In this document: positions 37,246 to 50,730 of the stretch, piece by piece
How the letters are laid out: the number at the start of each line of letters is the position of its first letter
How positions within the stretch are numbered: position 1 is the first letter of the stretch
DNA from: Tubiluchus corallicola
Taxonomy: Eukaryota; Animalia; Priapulida
Assembly: GCA_030141605.1 (NCBI GenBank)
Contig: JAQGDQ010000711.1
Coordinates: 1 to 64,000, forward strand
Direction: 5' to 3'
DNA: 64,000 nucleotides
Position numbers and translations under genes: made by a program
Notes under the pieces: model-generated
What the model was told of the DNA's origin: nothing
Seen by the model: only the letters and a program-made list of their open reading frames with translations
Database searches by the model: none

Positions 37246-39506
37246 TATAAACTTGTTTCAAGCGACTTGCAGTTAAAATGGCTGCGCCTAACTGTCATCG
37301 CTGGAGTTTAAATTTACAAGTTTTATACAGAGTTACTGTTATCACAAGCGCTGTGTGCAATAAGACAGCATGTGGGTGATATAAAACTTTACGAGGAAAT
37401 TTGTAAGCGTTTTTGTGAAGAGTGTTTTCTTGTGCGTTAATGTGGCTAGTGCCTCAGGTATTGTCTTGAACATGCACCCACCCACACCCTATGACATTTG
37501 CAAGTGGCAGCAGAACTATGTCATTTCTATTACCATAGCACGTTCTAGCTTGGCTTGGACACCTATTGTAAATAGATGGTTATGTACATTATAACAAATC
37601 GCGTGATTATTGAGTATGCGACTAATCTCAGGTACACTCTGCACCCTGCCGATTTAATGCATTTACGCATCTCGCACGCGCGCGTTTTCGTAATTAATTC
37701 GTTCTGCCGAGGCTATTATTAGTGCTGTCACAGATGCACGACGCGCGCTTTGTTTCTATAAATAGTCCTGCGTAGAATACCAGTGTTTGTTTAATAGCGC
37801 GGCACATTGATTTTCCTCTGACAAGAGCGATGCATTTAGTGGCAGGCCTAGAAGCCATGTTAGCTAGCTGCGATTACTCTGCAACATGGTTTTATGTGAC
37901 ATGAAATGAACTCGGTTGCAATAGACACTTGTACGGCTTCTAGCATGACATTATTGCATCTGTCGGAATGCCAGAATTGCAATGTTGTTTATCATGGATC
38001 CATAGCAACAGGGAAGTGTGGGCAATTATGATTTATTGGAGTAAAATTGACCGACAATTACCTTGCCAAGATGGTTTTATTTACCGTTTCTAAAATGACC
38101 TATGATAGGAGCTCAAGACTAAGTATTATAGGAAAACCAGAACCAGTCACAAAGTACAGCGCAGAACCATCTAACCTGCAAAATATTGAAAAGACACAGA
38201 TAACTTTTTCAAAAATGACGAAAGTGAAGGAATTGTTACCCTTCATAAGTCTTTAAAATAAAACAGGATGATTTTTCATATCCTAGCTCACTTTGAAGTA
38301 CAGTAAAAAGTATACATTTTAACGTATATAATAACATTTTAACGTCTATTGTACAACATATTTAAACTTTGAAAATTTAAATTTCAAGTTTACCGCTGAG
38401 CTCACGTGTGAGCTCTCGAACCTGTGCACTACATCACAACTGAACTGAGAGGTACAGCGTCCATTTTTTGCACATGTGACAGAGAAGAACTAACCGCGTG
38501 AACGCGAAATTACGTCTCTACAGAAATAATTCATTCATGTAAGTCATTCTTGAAAAAAACATATGTTCCCTATCAGTATTTTACAGCTTAGATTGTTTTA
38601 CGTTATATAGCTTAAGATTCGGTACGCTTTTCCTTTAACGCCTTGTTGCCAGTCTGCCGTCTTGCTTGTTGTCATAGTCTGCCATAGTCACTTAATGCGA
38701 GATTGTTTTTGTTTACGTGTTTGGAATTTTTGTAAACAATTCGTCGTGCGCCTCTTGCTTCGCTGTTCGATTTCGTGATTGCTCGTGCTCTCTCTCTCTC
38801 TCCCTTTCTCTGTTGCAGTATTACAATTTGTTTGTAATTTTACTTCTGCATTGCCTTAATTACAATTACTGTTGTTGTTACACAACTATTACGTAATATA
38901 GTTAGAGAAATACATAGTAAAAAAGCCATGTCTGTTGAGAGGTTAAGCTTATTTCACTGTTCGCGAAAATGTTAGAATTTAGTAACAAAACTGCAATAAT
39001 TAGTAATTAGTAAAATCACTTCATGCTTGGGTGGTTCATCCCATTTTCAATGCCCATTCTTCTTCCAATGACGTCATTTGTCTTGAAGAAAAGTAGCGCA
39101 TTATCAATCTTTATCAAAAGTATACTAAGTTTTTACAAATAATAGATAGTTAATTTTGTTGTAACATTCAGTTTGTTCTTATTTTATTGCAATAGCTATA
39201 GTCCCAAACTCTTATCAATTAATTACTCTGATTAATTTTCTAATTAATTCCTTATTCCAAAATAAATTCACAACATTGTAATGTTTTTGCGTGAACATTA
39301 GGTAAGCTGCAGAATAATTTAACCAACGCGCGCCTACGGAAAGCCACGACGCGCTTACGAAAAGTCACGAAGTCCCCCAGTTAGCTAGTTACGTCATGAT
39401 TTTCAAGTGAACGGCGGCAACCACTACGCCTGAAAATTTCTATTCAGGGGTGGTTTATTTTAAACTTAGTCTTTATAAGCAGGTCTTTGCAAATTTCTTT
39501 GTTATC

Positions 39507-39700
39507 TTTAAGTGATAACAGTAAAATAAACCCAACATACTGAGTGACTTGTTCTTTCCTTTAGCACACCACAAACAGTTTAAGTGATAACAGTAAAATA
39601 AACCCAACATACTGAGCGACTTGTTCTTTCCTTTAGCACACCACAAACAATTTAAGTGATAACAGTAAAATAAACCCAACGTACTGAGTTACTTTGTTCT
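39507..39700. repeat. 72-bp tandem repeat, ~2.5 copies
   Basis: TTAAGTGATAACAGTAAAATAAACCCAAC... Confidence 0.85.
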
Positions 39701-42071
39701 TTCTTCCAACAATGGTAACAAAGTTAATAAAGTTACTAAACTACATAATAGCTTATCATTCAGAAATAGTTGTTGCAGTAATAGTGGTTAAGAAGCAAAG
39801 CTTGTGAAACAAAAAGTGAAAAAAGTTAATCTCCCTGTCACCATCTTGCCATCCTTTCCTACTACTCATTTCCTCTCTCTCTCCGTTTTCTTTGCCCTCT
39901 CCTCTTTCACTCCCTACCCACCTCCCTTTCTCAGCCTCTCGTTTTCCTTCGTGGTTTAAACTACGTCAACTCAATCACTTTCAAAAAGATGATAAAACGT
40001 TCGCATTACGTTTCAGCTGCAACTGACGCTTTTATCAACGTTACATTTATTTCTCGTATCATTAGTGCAGCTACAACACCTTGCACTATATATATATAGC
40101 ACAGACAAGTCGTCACGTGACACCATTGATTTTTCAATCTTCTAAATGGACAAGAAATTGGATTTTGACCTAGGAACAATGGAGACTGATTCGTTTTAGG
40201 ATGTCTTTAAATTTTCTCGAGTGCCTCATTCAAGTTTTGTTACAGTAATGCAAGCCAGACGTAATTTACATTACTAATCCTAAGCAAGAAGTCAGTCCGT
40301 TATTTAATTGTGCTGTCTTCCTGTTCAAATCACTTGCAGATTCACATTGTATCCTAGGGGTTGTCTTTTTCTATTATTCTTTTTATTCACTAGTAGTCGT
40401 CGGGTAATTACTTCCGGTCGGTACTGAAAGAGAAATTATATTGCCCTGCAGAGGTTGATTACGTGCGATATTATTTGCACATTATTAATGTAACAATAAC
40501 AGTTGTGTATGAGTCGCGCATGCGCTCTGGTACAACTTCAAAGTTAAAGGAAAAACCAACACTCGAACAGCATTCGTTGTATTTTAACATGCACTTAAAA
40601 CTATTGAAATTACAACATTATATACACGCATAAAGTGTCTCACTTAAAAATGCACAAGAAATTTGAATCATTCACATCTCCCGGCAAACAAACCTTGCTA
40701 CAGGTACATTTGACAAAAATGACGTAAGCTGGTGGACATCACGAAGACACGTATAACAAAGCTGCAGTTCACCCAGAAATTATGCTATTCTAGGTGAATG
40801 AATTTTTATGTTTAACCGTGTTCGTGCGAAAATTAGTGACCCAAGGAATTTGATAACTTCTAAGTGCTTACATAGCTTTAATCCACAAGATTATATTTCA
40901 AAATGCGTCATGACTACACTAGATAATTACAGACAAGCAGGGAATTCTTGGAGGCTACGAGCATACAGGAGGTGCTGGGCGGTTGGCTTAGCTCATACAC
41001 TTCAGTTTTAGTTTATTAAAGTAATTATTCTGTTGCTTTGTCGGGTTTTATATTATCATCAGTAACTGGTTGTCATTACATAGTGGGAAACGGATTTTAT
41101 CAAAAAGCAAAAAGGTGTGTTAATAATCTCTCGTTTAACGTTTTGTATTGATTGTAGTTGATGATATTAACTGTAGGTGCAAGTACCTGGGTGGGATAAG
41201 TGTTTAAAATGTTACATTGTAACCAGGTGACGTCATGTTTCGTTCAAAATCTAACATCACAGACAAGGAACGGAGGAAAGGTGCAATAATTACCCCTCAG
41301 TGGTTACAGGTAGTTTTGATTATAATAATTATGTGCTTGCATAGCAAAATCGTCAATAATAATAATAATTTAGTAATCATAATTTATTTTTTGCCTTCAA
41401 AATAACAGTCATAGATAGTATATAACAATATAACAGTTGATGATATTAACTGTAGGTGCAAGTAGCTGGGTGGGGTAAGCGTTTAAAATATTACATTGTA
41501 ACCAGGTGACGTCATTTTTCATTCAACATCAGCCCATCCAAACTTAAAGTGATCGCGACTTTTAATTGATTTTACTAATTACACTATTCGCTTATCAACG
41601 TTTTTCTCAAGTATTGAAATAAGCTCATCTTTCCGAGTGGCTGAGCTTTTGTTTGAGGTAATGTCTATTCTATTACGTAATGCAGCCACAATTACTGAGT
41701 AATGTTCCCCCTTGAACAGATGCTCACGATTAGCTTGATCGTCGTTTTTTCGTGTAAAGAGCAGTCTTTGATCATGTCAGTTGAGCTGACGTGATCTCTC
41801 TTTATAGGGATGGATTTCGTTGCTTCAAAGACACCGCACATTTTAAATTTCTGTCTGATTACATGTCACAATGATATTCTGCGATCAGTAGCGTTATGGT
41901 CAAAGTTCTATCGTAGGCGGTCGTGAATTCTCATGCACTACAGGAGGCGTTCTGCTCGTATTAACCTCCATTCACCGTTTCAGTGAAGTACATCCACCGT
42001 CATATCCATTTTAGGTAAATGCTGGTTAGTTTAAACATAGTTTATTTGGTTTAGATGATACACCTTTTAAA

Positions 42072-42405
42072 ATGTATGTATGTATGTATGTATGTATGTA
42101 TGTATGTATGTATGTATGTATGTATGTATGTATGTATGTATGTATGTATGTATGTATGTATGTATGTATGTATGTATGTATGTATGTATGTATGTATGTA
42201 TGTATGTATGTATGTATGTATGTATGTATGTATGTATGTATGTATGTATGTATGTATGTATGTATGTATGTATGTATGTATGTATGTATGTATGTTTGTA
42301 TGTATGTATGTATGTATGTATGTATGTATGTATGTATGTATGTATGTATGTATGTATGTATGTATGTATGTATGTATGTATGTATGTATGCATGCATGTA
42401 TGTAT
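42072..42405. repeat. (ATGT)n microsatellite
   Basis: Direct inspection. Confidence 0.98.
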
Positions 42406-42439
42406 TCTGTAAGCTGATACATGAATCGTCACTCCAGAA

Positions 42440-42960
42440 GTGCAGAAAAAACAAAGTATTATCAATACAAATAAAGCAAATTAGATATACATGCGTACAG
42501 ATACTTATAAACAAAGACATATACATAGAAAGTTAACTGATATGACACAATCATTAATATAACAATTAAATAATAACAATAACTGTCTTAAAATTTACCA
42601 TAAATACAAAAAAGAAATCCCAAGATCTGATCACATTAAAAAGTTTAGTTCTCCTAATGTAATTTTGGACACAATAAAAATTTTTTAGTTAACATTGTTA
42701 TTAAAATATTAAAATCATCACTTTCACAAAGATACAATGACAATAGTTCAAATATAAATTGTAAAATATTGATATTTAAAGGGAATAGTAAGTTATTTAA
42801 TTGGCTGAACATATCATCTCTGGCTTGATAATAATGAGGGCATTCAAGGAAAAAATGTTCTGAGTTTTCAAAATATCAAACACAGCCACATTTTGGGGAG
42901 ACAAGTAGACTCTCAGAAACTTTGCAGCCTTTCAAAAACAAAACACTACTACGCATGCGT
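42440..42960 (-). mobile_element. Degenerate CR1/L2-like 3' end
   Basis: The minus strand gives SPKCGC and, with a frameshift, ENSEHFFLECPHY. Confidence 0.45.
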
Positions 42961-44779
42961 CCGTGACGGACAGTGATGATCTCGTGCCATATGCATTTTG
43001 GTTTTAATTCTAATTGTCACCAGTAAAAGTGTTCTGTCTGGTTGTCTTGATGCAGTGGTGACTGGTATTAGAGTCACAAAACTCACAATTTCGTCTAAGA
43101 AAAAAGGTCATAATTAACTTTGGCTACGGTTACGGTTAGGGCTAGAGTTGCCGTTAGATTTATTCTTTTCTTCCTGTGACCTTTTTCTTGTGATTTTTTC
43201 TTTAACCTTTTCACCTGTCGCTTTTTAGTTGTTATTTTTTTTTACTTGTTTGCAGCTTGATTCGACAGTGTGTCAGAACAGGTACAGTCTTGCATTGCTG
43301 TTGCTGCTGCTGTGGTCAAACTGACCAAGCATACTCTTGTTTCTTGCTACTATATTTTGATTCCTAACCGGACACCACACTGCCATGTTCATTCTTTTAC
43401 TCCTTATATAGGCGGGTTAAAAACAGTTTTCATACTTTCAGGAGATGTCCCGTAATCCTGTATTTTATCTGTAATCCTGTAGCATTGTACTTAAATTTTC
43501 GCTTTTGCAAACATGTGCAACACGCTCGTGAAATATTTTTGTTGTTGAAAATCATGTTCGTTTGTGACGTCATCAATAGTTGGACTCACTTGATGTTAAT
43601 TAAGATTTTAATCAATTATTTAGTTATCGGAAACGCTTTTCGAGTATCATTGGTGATAAAACGTATACTTTTTACCGTATTTAAAAATGGGGTTGTGTAT
43701 GAAAAATCATCCTGTCTTCGTTCAAGTTTCCCACGGGACACACTACAACATTAAGCTTGCCATGCTAACAGATTGTATGTGTTTCAGCCCTTGTTCCACT
43801 TCACGTATATCGCTACCATTTTCGGATTGAATTACGGCTTGTTCGCTGAAACTGTCGTGTATAGAGCAAGTGATTAGTTTCAGAACTTTAATGGATTCCG
43901 TTGCAGTATGGCAATCAATAAGTTCCATTGTGAGTTTGTCTAACTAGCAAGGTTTGATCGGGTTCATTACGGCGTATAATTTACTGGTCCGCCATAGTTA
44001 ACATTCGCCCTTCTATTTATACCACAATTATGAACTGACATCGCCAATATAGTGCTGGAAAAATGGCTTTCTGAGAAGCCATCGTATATTTAACGGGCAG
44101 CGCAAATTACTGCGTGTCAGCAAAGTAGACGTATGAAAGGCGCTTGTAAGCCAAATGGGTGCTGAATTGCTTTGGGATTTCAAAAGGGCAAAGGAGAGCA
44201 ACTAAAAGCGTCAGATTTTCACCGAGATACTTCACGATACCTCGACTTGATGTCTCAAGTGGCGCTTTCATGCTTGACGTCAAAGACGTTAGTGTCTGCA
44301 ACAAGGACATGCAAGTGACGACCATTACGCTCTTCCTCAAGTTGCCATTTCTGCACTCATATTCTTACATGTATTGCGCTTAGAAGATGTGCGTGTGCGT
44401 GCGTGCGTGCGTGCTTGTGTGCATGCGCTTTCATGCTTGACGTCAAAGACTTTAGTGTCTGCAACAAGGACATGCAAGTGACGCCCATTACGCTCTTCCT
44501 CAAGTTGCCATTTCTGTGCAGTCGTGCACTCATATTCTTACTTGTATTGCGCTTAGAAGATGTGCGTGTGTGCGTGCGTGCTTGTGTGCATGCGTATGTG
44601 TGCACGCATGTGTACATAACTACTAGTTTTCATAATTATCATTAATATGATATCCTATTTGAAATGACTAGCTAATAAGTCGCGTTAAATAGTATATCCC
44701 CACGAACTTTCCATTGCATTGCTATGTTACTTCGCCTACCTGTTTGAAAGATTTATGTAACTGACAAAGAAATGTATAA

Positions 44780-45320
44780 ACAGCACTGCATCACTATCCC
44801 AGCGTGCACCACTGATTCACCAACAGCACTGCATCACCATCCCAGCATGCACCACTGCATCACCATCCCAGCATGCACCGCTGATTCACCAACAGCACTG
44901 CATCACCATCCCAGCGTGCACCGCTGATTCACCAACAGCACTGCATCACCATCCCAGCATGCACCGCTGATTCACCAACAGCACTGCATCACCATGCCAG
45001 CGTGCTCCACTAATTCACCAACAGCACTGCATCACCATCCCAGCGTGCACCGCTGATTCACCAACAGCACTGCATCACCATCCCAGCGTGCACCACTGAT
45101 TCACCAACAGCACTGCATCACCATCCCAGCGTGCACCACTGATTCACCAACAGCACTGCATCACCATCCCAGCGTGCACCACTGATTCACCAATAGCACT
45201 GCATCACCATCCCAGCGTGCACCACTGATTCACCAACAGCAGTGCATCACTATCCCAGCGTGTACCACTGATTCACCAACAGCACTGCATCACCATCCCA
45301 GTGTGCACCACTGATTCATC
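44780..45320. repeat. 43-bp minisatellite, ~12 copies, inside a Kolobok-like element
   Basis: CAGCACTGCATCACCATCCCAGCGTGCACCACTGATTCACCAA. Confidence 0.93.
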
Positions 45321-46884
45321 AAAAATACATTGATCTCACAATATAAAGTAATTTATACTTATGTTAGTGAAGAGTGCACTACAAATGCTTTGATTAATTT
45401 CCAAACTCTAGGCAATGTTATCTCAACTTTCGTACTTGTATTAGTGAAGAGTGCACTACAAATGCTTTGATTATTTTCCAAACTTTAGGCAATGTTATCT
45501 TAACTTTCAAACAACTTACCGCCAGAATGGCTGCGCTTAACCGTCATCGCATGAGCTTATTCAGCGTTACTGCTGATACAAGCTTTGTACGCAATAAGAC
45601 AGGTATGTACGTGAAATAGCAGTTTCAAGACGAATTTTTTAGTTTTGTGTAAGTAAATAGTTTTTTGTGCTTAAGACTTACGTGTTATTCTAGATTGAAT
45701 ATTTCATATATTGATTCAAGCTTTAATATTCAAGCTATCATATTGATTTGCTTGCCAATACCATACAGTCCGTTTACCATCTGCATAGCATCGACACGTA
45801 TCCCACAAATTTCACACGTAATGCACAGTAAATCTTTGATGATTACAGTCATGTTATGTGTTACATTTTTCGCCTGGCCTTCGACAGGAAACACGAGACG
45901 GTTTGTCACTTATATGCAGCTGTGCTTGGTATGCTGTTTGCCGTCCTGTCAAAATCCAGGCAGCTGTGCTCATGTTTGCTTTCAGTCTGGCCAGAAGTCA
46001 CTTCTGATTGGGTTGCTGTAACTTTTACTTGGCTTCTGTAAATTCTAGCAGATTAGGTGCTGATTAGCGCTGCCAGCATGGTTTGCGCCTCGCGTTACCT
46101 AAAACTGCCCAGTTGCCAGCACGGTTTGCGCCTCGCGTTACCTAAAACTGCCCAGCACCGCCAGGAGGCACTGTTACGTGTGTTCAAATACCGCATACGT
46201 CTGACTGCCAGAGTGCTTGTAATGTACTAAAGCAGCACTGACCAATAATACTTATGTTTCCTCCGCTAGATGACGCTGCAACATTATTTCCGGCTATGGA
46301 TCCGCTGTTAATTGATAACTTCTACACAGAAACAAAACAGAAAAATATCATCAGTTGACCAGAAACCGTTTCTCTCGCTTTTTTGATATTAAACTATTTT
46401 GATTTTTTTCTGGACTTACAGCCATTCGCTTCTGATTGGATGCATGTATTGGAAGCAGAGTTCCGTGCGCACAACTTGCTTTTCATTTACTGGGTTTGAA
46501 ATGTGTTAATCCTGGTTTATTTATACATGTGATTCGTTGAGAGCTCATTGTTCAATGGATGAAGTCACTTGGCTTCCTGGCTTCATCATTCATTATACTG
46601 TTATCACTTAAACTTGGAAAAACATATCAAAGAAATTTACAAAAAAGCTGTATGAACAGCATAAAATTTATTTATTCCACCGCTGTATAGATGGTGAGGG
46701 GTGAGGTGGTAACTGGTGGATGACGTAACTGGTGGATTTCATTGGACGTAAAGTCGTAAACCCATCACGGCTTTCCGTAAGTGCACACCGCTTATAAATT
46801 AATTCATAATGCTTGTGCAGCTTACATAATGCTTGTGCAAAAACATCATGAAATTCGCGTCTATTTTTTGTGAAAACGTCATAC

Positions 46885-47124
46885 ATATTCTCCGTCTATC
46901 AGAAAGTCGTTACGCCAAAACAGCAGTACAGTGGGAACCACCTGGTGGGAAACGAAAAAGAGGTCGGCCAAAAACAACGTGGCGCAGATCCTTCAAAGAA
47001 GACCTTCGAGCTGTCAACATACGTTGGGAAAACGTAGAGAACGAAGCCGCCGATAGAACTCAGTGGAAAATGCTGTCTGCCCAATGTGCATCAATGCGCA
47101 GGAAGGACTAAGGTCTAAGGTAAG
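46885..47124 (+). mobile_element. 5'-truncated RTE-like LINE inserted in another repeat
   Basis: HILR...WEPPGGKRKRGRPKTTWRR...AADRTQW C-terminus, (TAAGG)-type tail, 7-bp TSD GTCATAC. Confidence 0.8.
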
Positions 47125-47592
47125 GTCATACTTTTGACGAAAATTTGCTTTTCTTCAGTTGCCGAATGACGTCATTGGTGGAAGAATGGAGAAGTAGAGT
47201 TTTAAAATTTATTGGTAACCAGCTTCATTGTCAGTTCATTAAACGACATTGTCACACTATTGTCTCCTTTAAAGGTCAAAGAAGCTCTTTGTGAGTAGTT
47301 ATCGTTGTCGTACGAATTTGGGATTGCTTAACCCAATTACCTAAACACAAGGATACTTCCCTGGCTTCCTTTAGGTTATCACATCGGTTTTTTCCTCATG
47401 GGATCACCACGCAGATACTGTGGAAGCCACGCCAATCAGTATGACGCATTGCCTCAAAAAGATCACCAAATCTGAGCAGCTAGCATTGAGACTGGAGCTT
47501 CTGGATTACGAATTGATGCCTTTCTCAGGCTGTTAATGTATGTTTTCATTGCAAACTACAGTATAAATTTTAATCTCTGAGTTTATTCTATT

Positions 47593-47810
47593 GTCCTGGG
47601 TTGGGTGACCGAGTTGTCGAGCTTTCCAACTGCAGGCACGCAGTCTTGAGTTCGAGTCTAGCGGTTTGCAAACTCCAGGGCATATACCCTATATTTGTTA
47701 TCTGTGTCCTTACTAGCATTGCTGTTGTTAGTGTTGGTCGTTAAATAGCCGTTAATGCTGAAGGCGCCTGCTAAACGAGCGACGGTAATTAAAAATAAAA
47801 TAATAAAAAT
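47593..47810 (+). mobile_element. tRNA-derived SINE-like element
   Basis: A-box-like TGACCGAGTTG (47606), B-box GAGTTCGAGTC (47648), A-rich tail. Confidence 0.5.
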
Positions 47811-47940
47811 CGTACAATACGGATCGTCTCTCAGCACAGCTAACCTACAGGATCAAAACAATAAGTCACGTCTGTTCAGAGCCCATTCGAGGTAATCTTG
47901 GAAAAAACTCTAATTCTGTTGCATTTTATAATTTGCATGT

Positions 47941-48510
47941 CAGAGGACGTTGAACCATTTACTTCCAATCCGTAAATCCGCTACGCTGTCACTGTGTAGC
48001 AGAGGACGTTGAACCATTTACTTCAAATCCGCAGTGCTGTAACTGTGTAGCAGAGTTCGCGGAACCATTTACTTCAAATCCGTAAATCCGCTATGCTGTA
48101 ACTGTGTAGCAGAGGACTCTGAACCATTTACTTCAAATCCGCAGTGCTGTAACTGTGTAGCAGAGTTCGCGGAACCGTTTACTTCAAATCCGCACTACTG
48201 TAACTGTGCAGCAGAGGACTGAACCATTTACTTCTAATCCGCACTACTGTAACTGTGCAGCAGAGGACGCGGAGCCATTTACTTCAAATCCGCACTACTG
48301 TAACTGTGCAGCAGAGGACTGAACCATTTACTTCAAATCCGCTACGCTGTAACTGTGTAGCAGAGCACGCGGAACCGTTTACTTCAAATCCGTACTACTG
48401 TAACTGTGCAGCAGAGGACTGAACCATTTACTTCAAATCCGCACTACTGTAACTGTGTAGCAGAGTACGCGGCGCCATTTAATTCGAATCCGCAAATCCG
48501 CAGTGCTCAA
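47941..48510. repeat. ~49-59-bp variable minisatellite
   Basis: CAGAGGACGTTGAACCATTTACTTCAAATCCGCAGTGCTGTAACTGTGTAG. Confidence 0.9.
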
Positions 48511-49474
48511 AGATTTGATCATCTATCTGTGAAATGTAAACAATAACCGAGTCCGCAACTCGGTGGGTATCTGCCGTAGAAAATGATATTTATTCCTAAA
48601 ACTATGACGCCGAGTTTGCTCGATGGTGACTGCGAGAGTTTTTTTGCACATGAACAGATAAACTGAGTAACTGAGTAAAAGGATTAGTTATCCATGTTTC
48701 TGGCTTGTGCATTGGAAAAAACACGAATAAGCAATTACAGAAAAGGACAAGTCATTTGCATCTATTTTACTGGTATCCCTTAAATTTGGAAAAATATGAC
48801 AAACAAATTTGGAAAAAAAACTGCTTCTATACTTCTGACGACGACTGACAGAGCGTTGCTTTCCTTTGGCTGAATGACGACGTCATTGGTGGAAAAATCA
48901 AAGTGCACTCAAACGTGAAATTATCGGGACTTTAAGGTGATTTTACTAGTTACACTAAGCGCTTATCGCAATATTATTATTAAATCCATCCAACATTTTT
49001 CCCCGAACATTGAAATAAGCCTAAGTTCTCAAAAGGCTTGCTTTTTTATTATGTCAGTAGCAAATGCGCAAATCCGCAAAACACGGAGCGCGGACCCGGC
49101 TCCGAGATCCGCTACTGAATACCGCGGATTTCACCAATGCAGTGCAATTAGCGGGTGATTAATTGTGCCTTCATTTGTAATTTAGCAACACTACCTGGCT
49201 TCTTGCATTGATTCATTTATATGTATGAAAGCGCAGACGAAGGATAATTAGATGTCAGCTAATGTCGTTTCCTATCCGGTTGACACTGCGATCACAACAG
49301 CTGTGCCATTTGGGCGCTTATATTGAGCGGGCGGTTTGCCTTGCCGAATTCGTGTTTGATTGTTGGGTAAAACATGGTTGGGTTTTTTGACTGACTACCA
49401 CTGTAGCAGTTAAATTTGTAAGAAATTGTGTTGCGCAACTGCATCCGCTACTAGGATGTCGCTTAGGAAGTCTC

Positions 49475-50730
49475 TGGTGTACCAAGGAAGCCACAAAAGT
49501 ATTGTTTTTAGTTTGACAGTCATCTGCTGCATTGTTTGTTATCAAAATGTTTTCTTCTGATATACCAAGGAAGCCAAAAAGTATTGTTGTTAATGACAAT
49601 CAACTGCCCCCATTGTTCGTTATCAGAATGTTTTCTTCTGGTATACCAAGGAAGCCAAAAAGTATTGTTGTTAATGGCAATCAACTGCTGCCTTTGTTTG
49701 TTATCAACATGTTGTTTACTTCTGGTATACCAAGGAAGCCAAAAAGTATTGTTGTTAATGACAATCAACTGCTGCATTGTTCGTTATCAGAATTTTTTTT
49801 CTTCTGGTATACCACGGAAGCTACAAAAATATTGTTGTTAATGACAATCAACTGCTGCCATTGTTTGTTATTAACATGTTGTTTACTTCTGGTATACCAA
49901 GGAAGCCAAAAAGTATTGTTGTTAATGACAGTCAACTGCTGCATTGTTCGTTATTAGAATTTTTTCTTCTGGTATACCACGGAAGCCAAAAAGTATTGTT
50001 GTTAATGGCAATCAACTGCTGCCATTGTTTGTTATTAACATGTTGTTTACTTCTGGTATACCAAGGAAGCCAAAAAGTATTGTTGTTAATGACAGTCAAC
50101 TGCTGCATTGTTCGTTATTAGAATTTTTTCTTCTGGTATACCACGGAAGCCAAAAAGTATTGTTGTTAATGGCAATCAACTGCTGCCATTGTTTGTTATT
50201 AACATGTTGTTTACTTCTGGTATACCAAGGAAGCCAAAAAGTATTGTTGTTAATGACAGTCAACTGCTGCATTGTTCGTTATTAGAATTTTTTCTTCTGG
50301 TATACCACGGAAGCCAAAAAGTATTGTTGTTAATGGCAATCAACTGCTGCCATTGTTTGTTATTAACATGTTGTTTACTTCTGGTATACCAAGGAAGCCA
50401 AAAAGTATTGTTGTTAATGACAGTCAACTGCTGCATTGTTCGTTATTAGAATTTTTTCTTCTGGTATACCACGGAAGCCAAAAAGTATTGTTGTTAATGG
50501 CAATCAACTGCTGCCATTGTTTGTTATTAACATGTTGTTTACTTCTGGTATACCAAGGAAGCCAAAAAGTATTGTTGTTAATGACAGTCAACTGCTGCAT
50601 TGTTCGTTATTAGAATTTTTTCTTCTGGTATACCACGGAAGCCAAAAAGTATTGTTGTTAATGGCAATCAACTGCTGCCATTGTTTGTTATCAACATGTT
50701 GTTTACTTCTGGTATACCAAGGAAGCCATA
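49475..50730. repeat. 164-bp higher-order repeat made of alternating 84- and 80-bp monomers
   Basis: Both monomers start CTGGTATACCA(A/C)GGAAGCCAAAAAGTATTGTTGTTAATG; ORF-track period is 164. Confidence 0.93.

Noticed and set aside
40008-40040. Penelope-type minimal hammerhead on the minus strand (TTGATAA...GCTGAAACGT)
   Set aside because: Two mismatches in the CUGAUGA core; at best a dead remnant
42026-42536. HTYI/MYVC ORFs
   Set aside because: Translations of (ATGT)n
47593-47670. tRNA gene
   Set aside because: A/B boxes present but no cloverleaf; treated as a SINE head
49475-50730. CRISPR-like look (constant ~38-bp block plus variable segment)
   Set aside because: Only two alternating variants rather than unique spacers; no cas genes; eukaryotic intron
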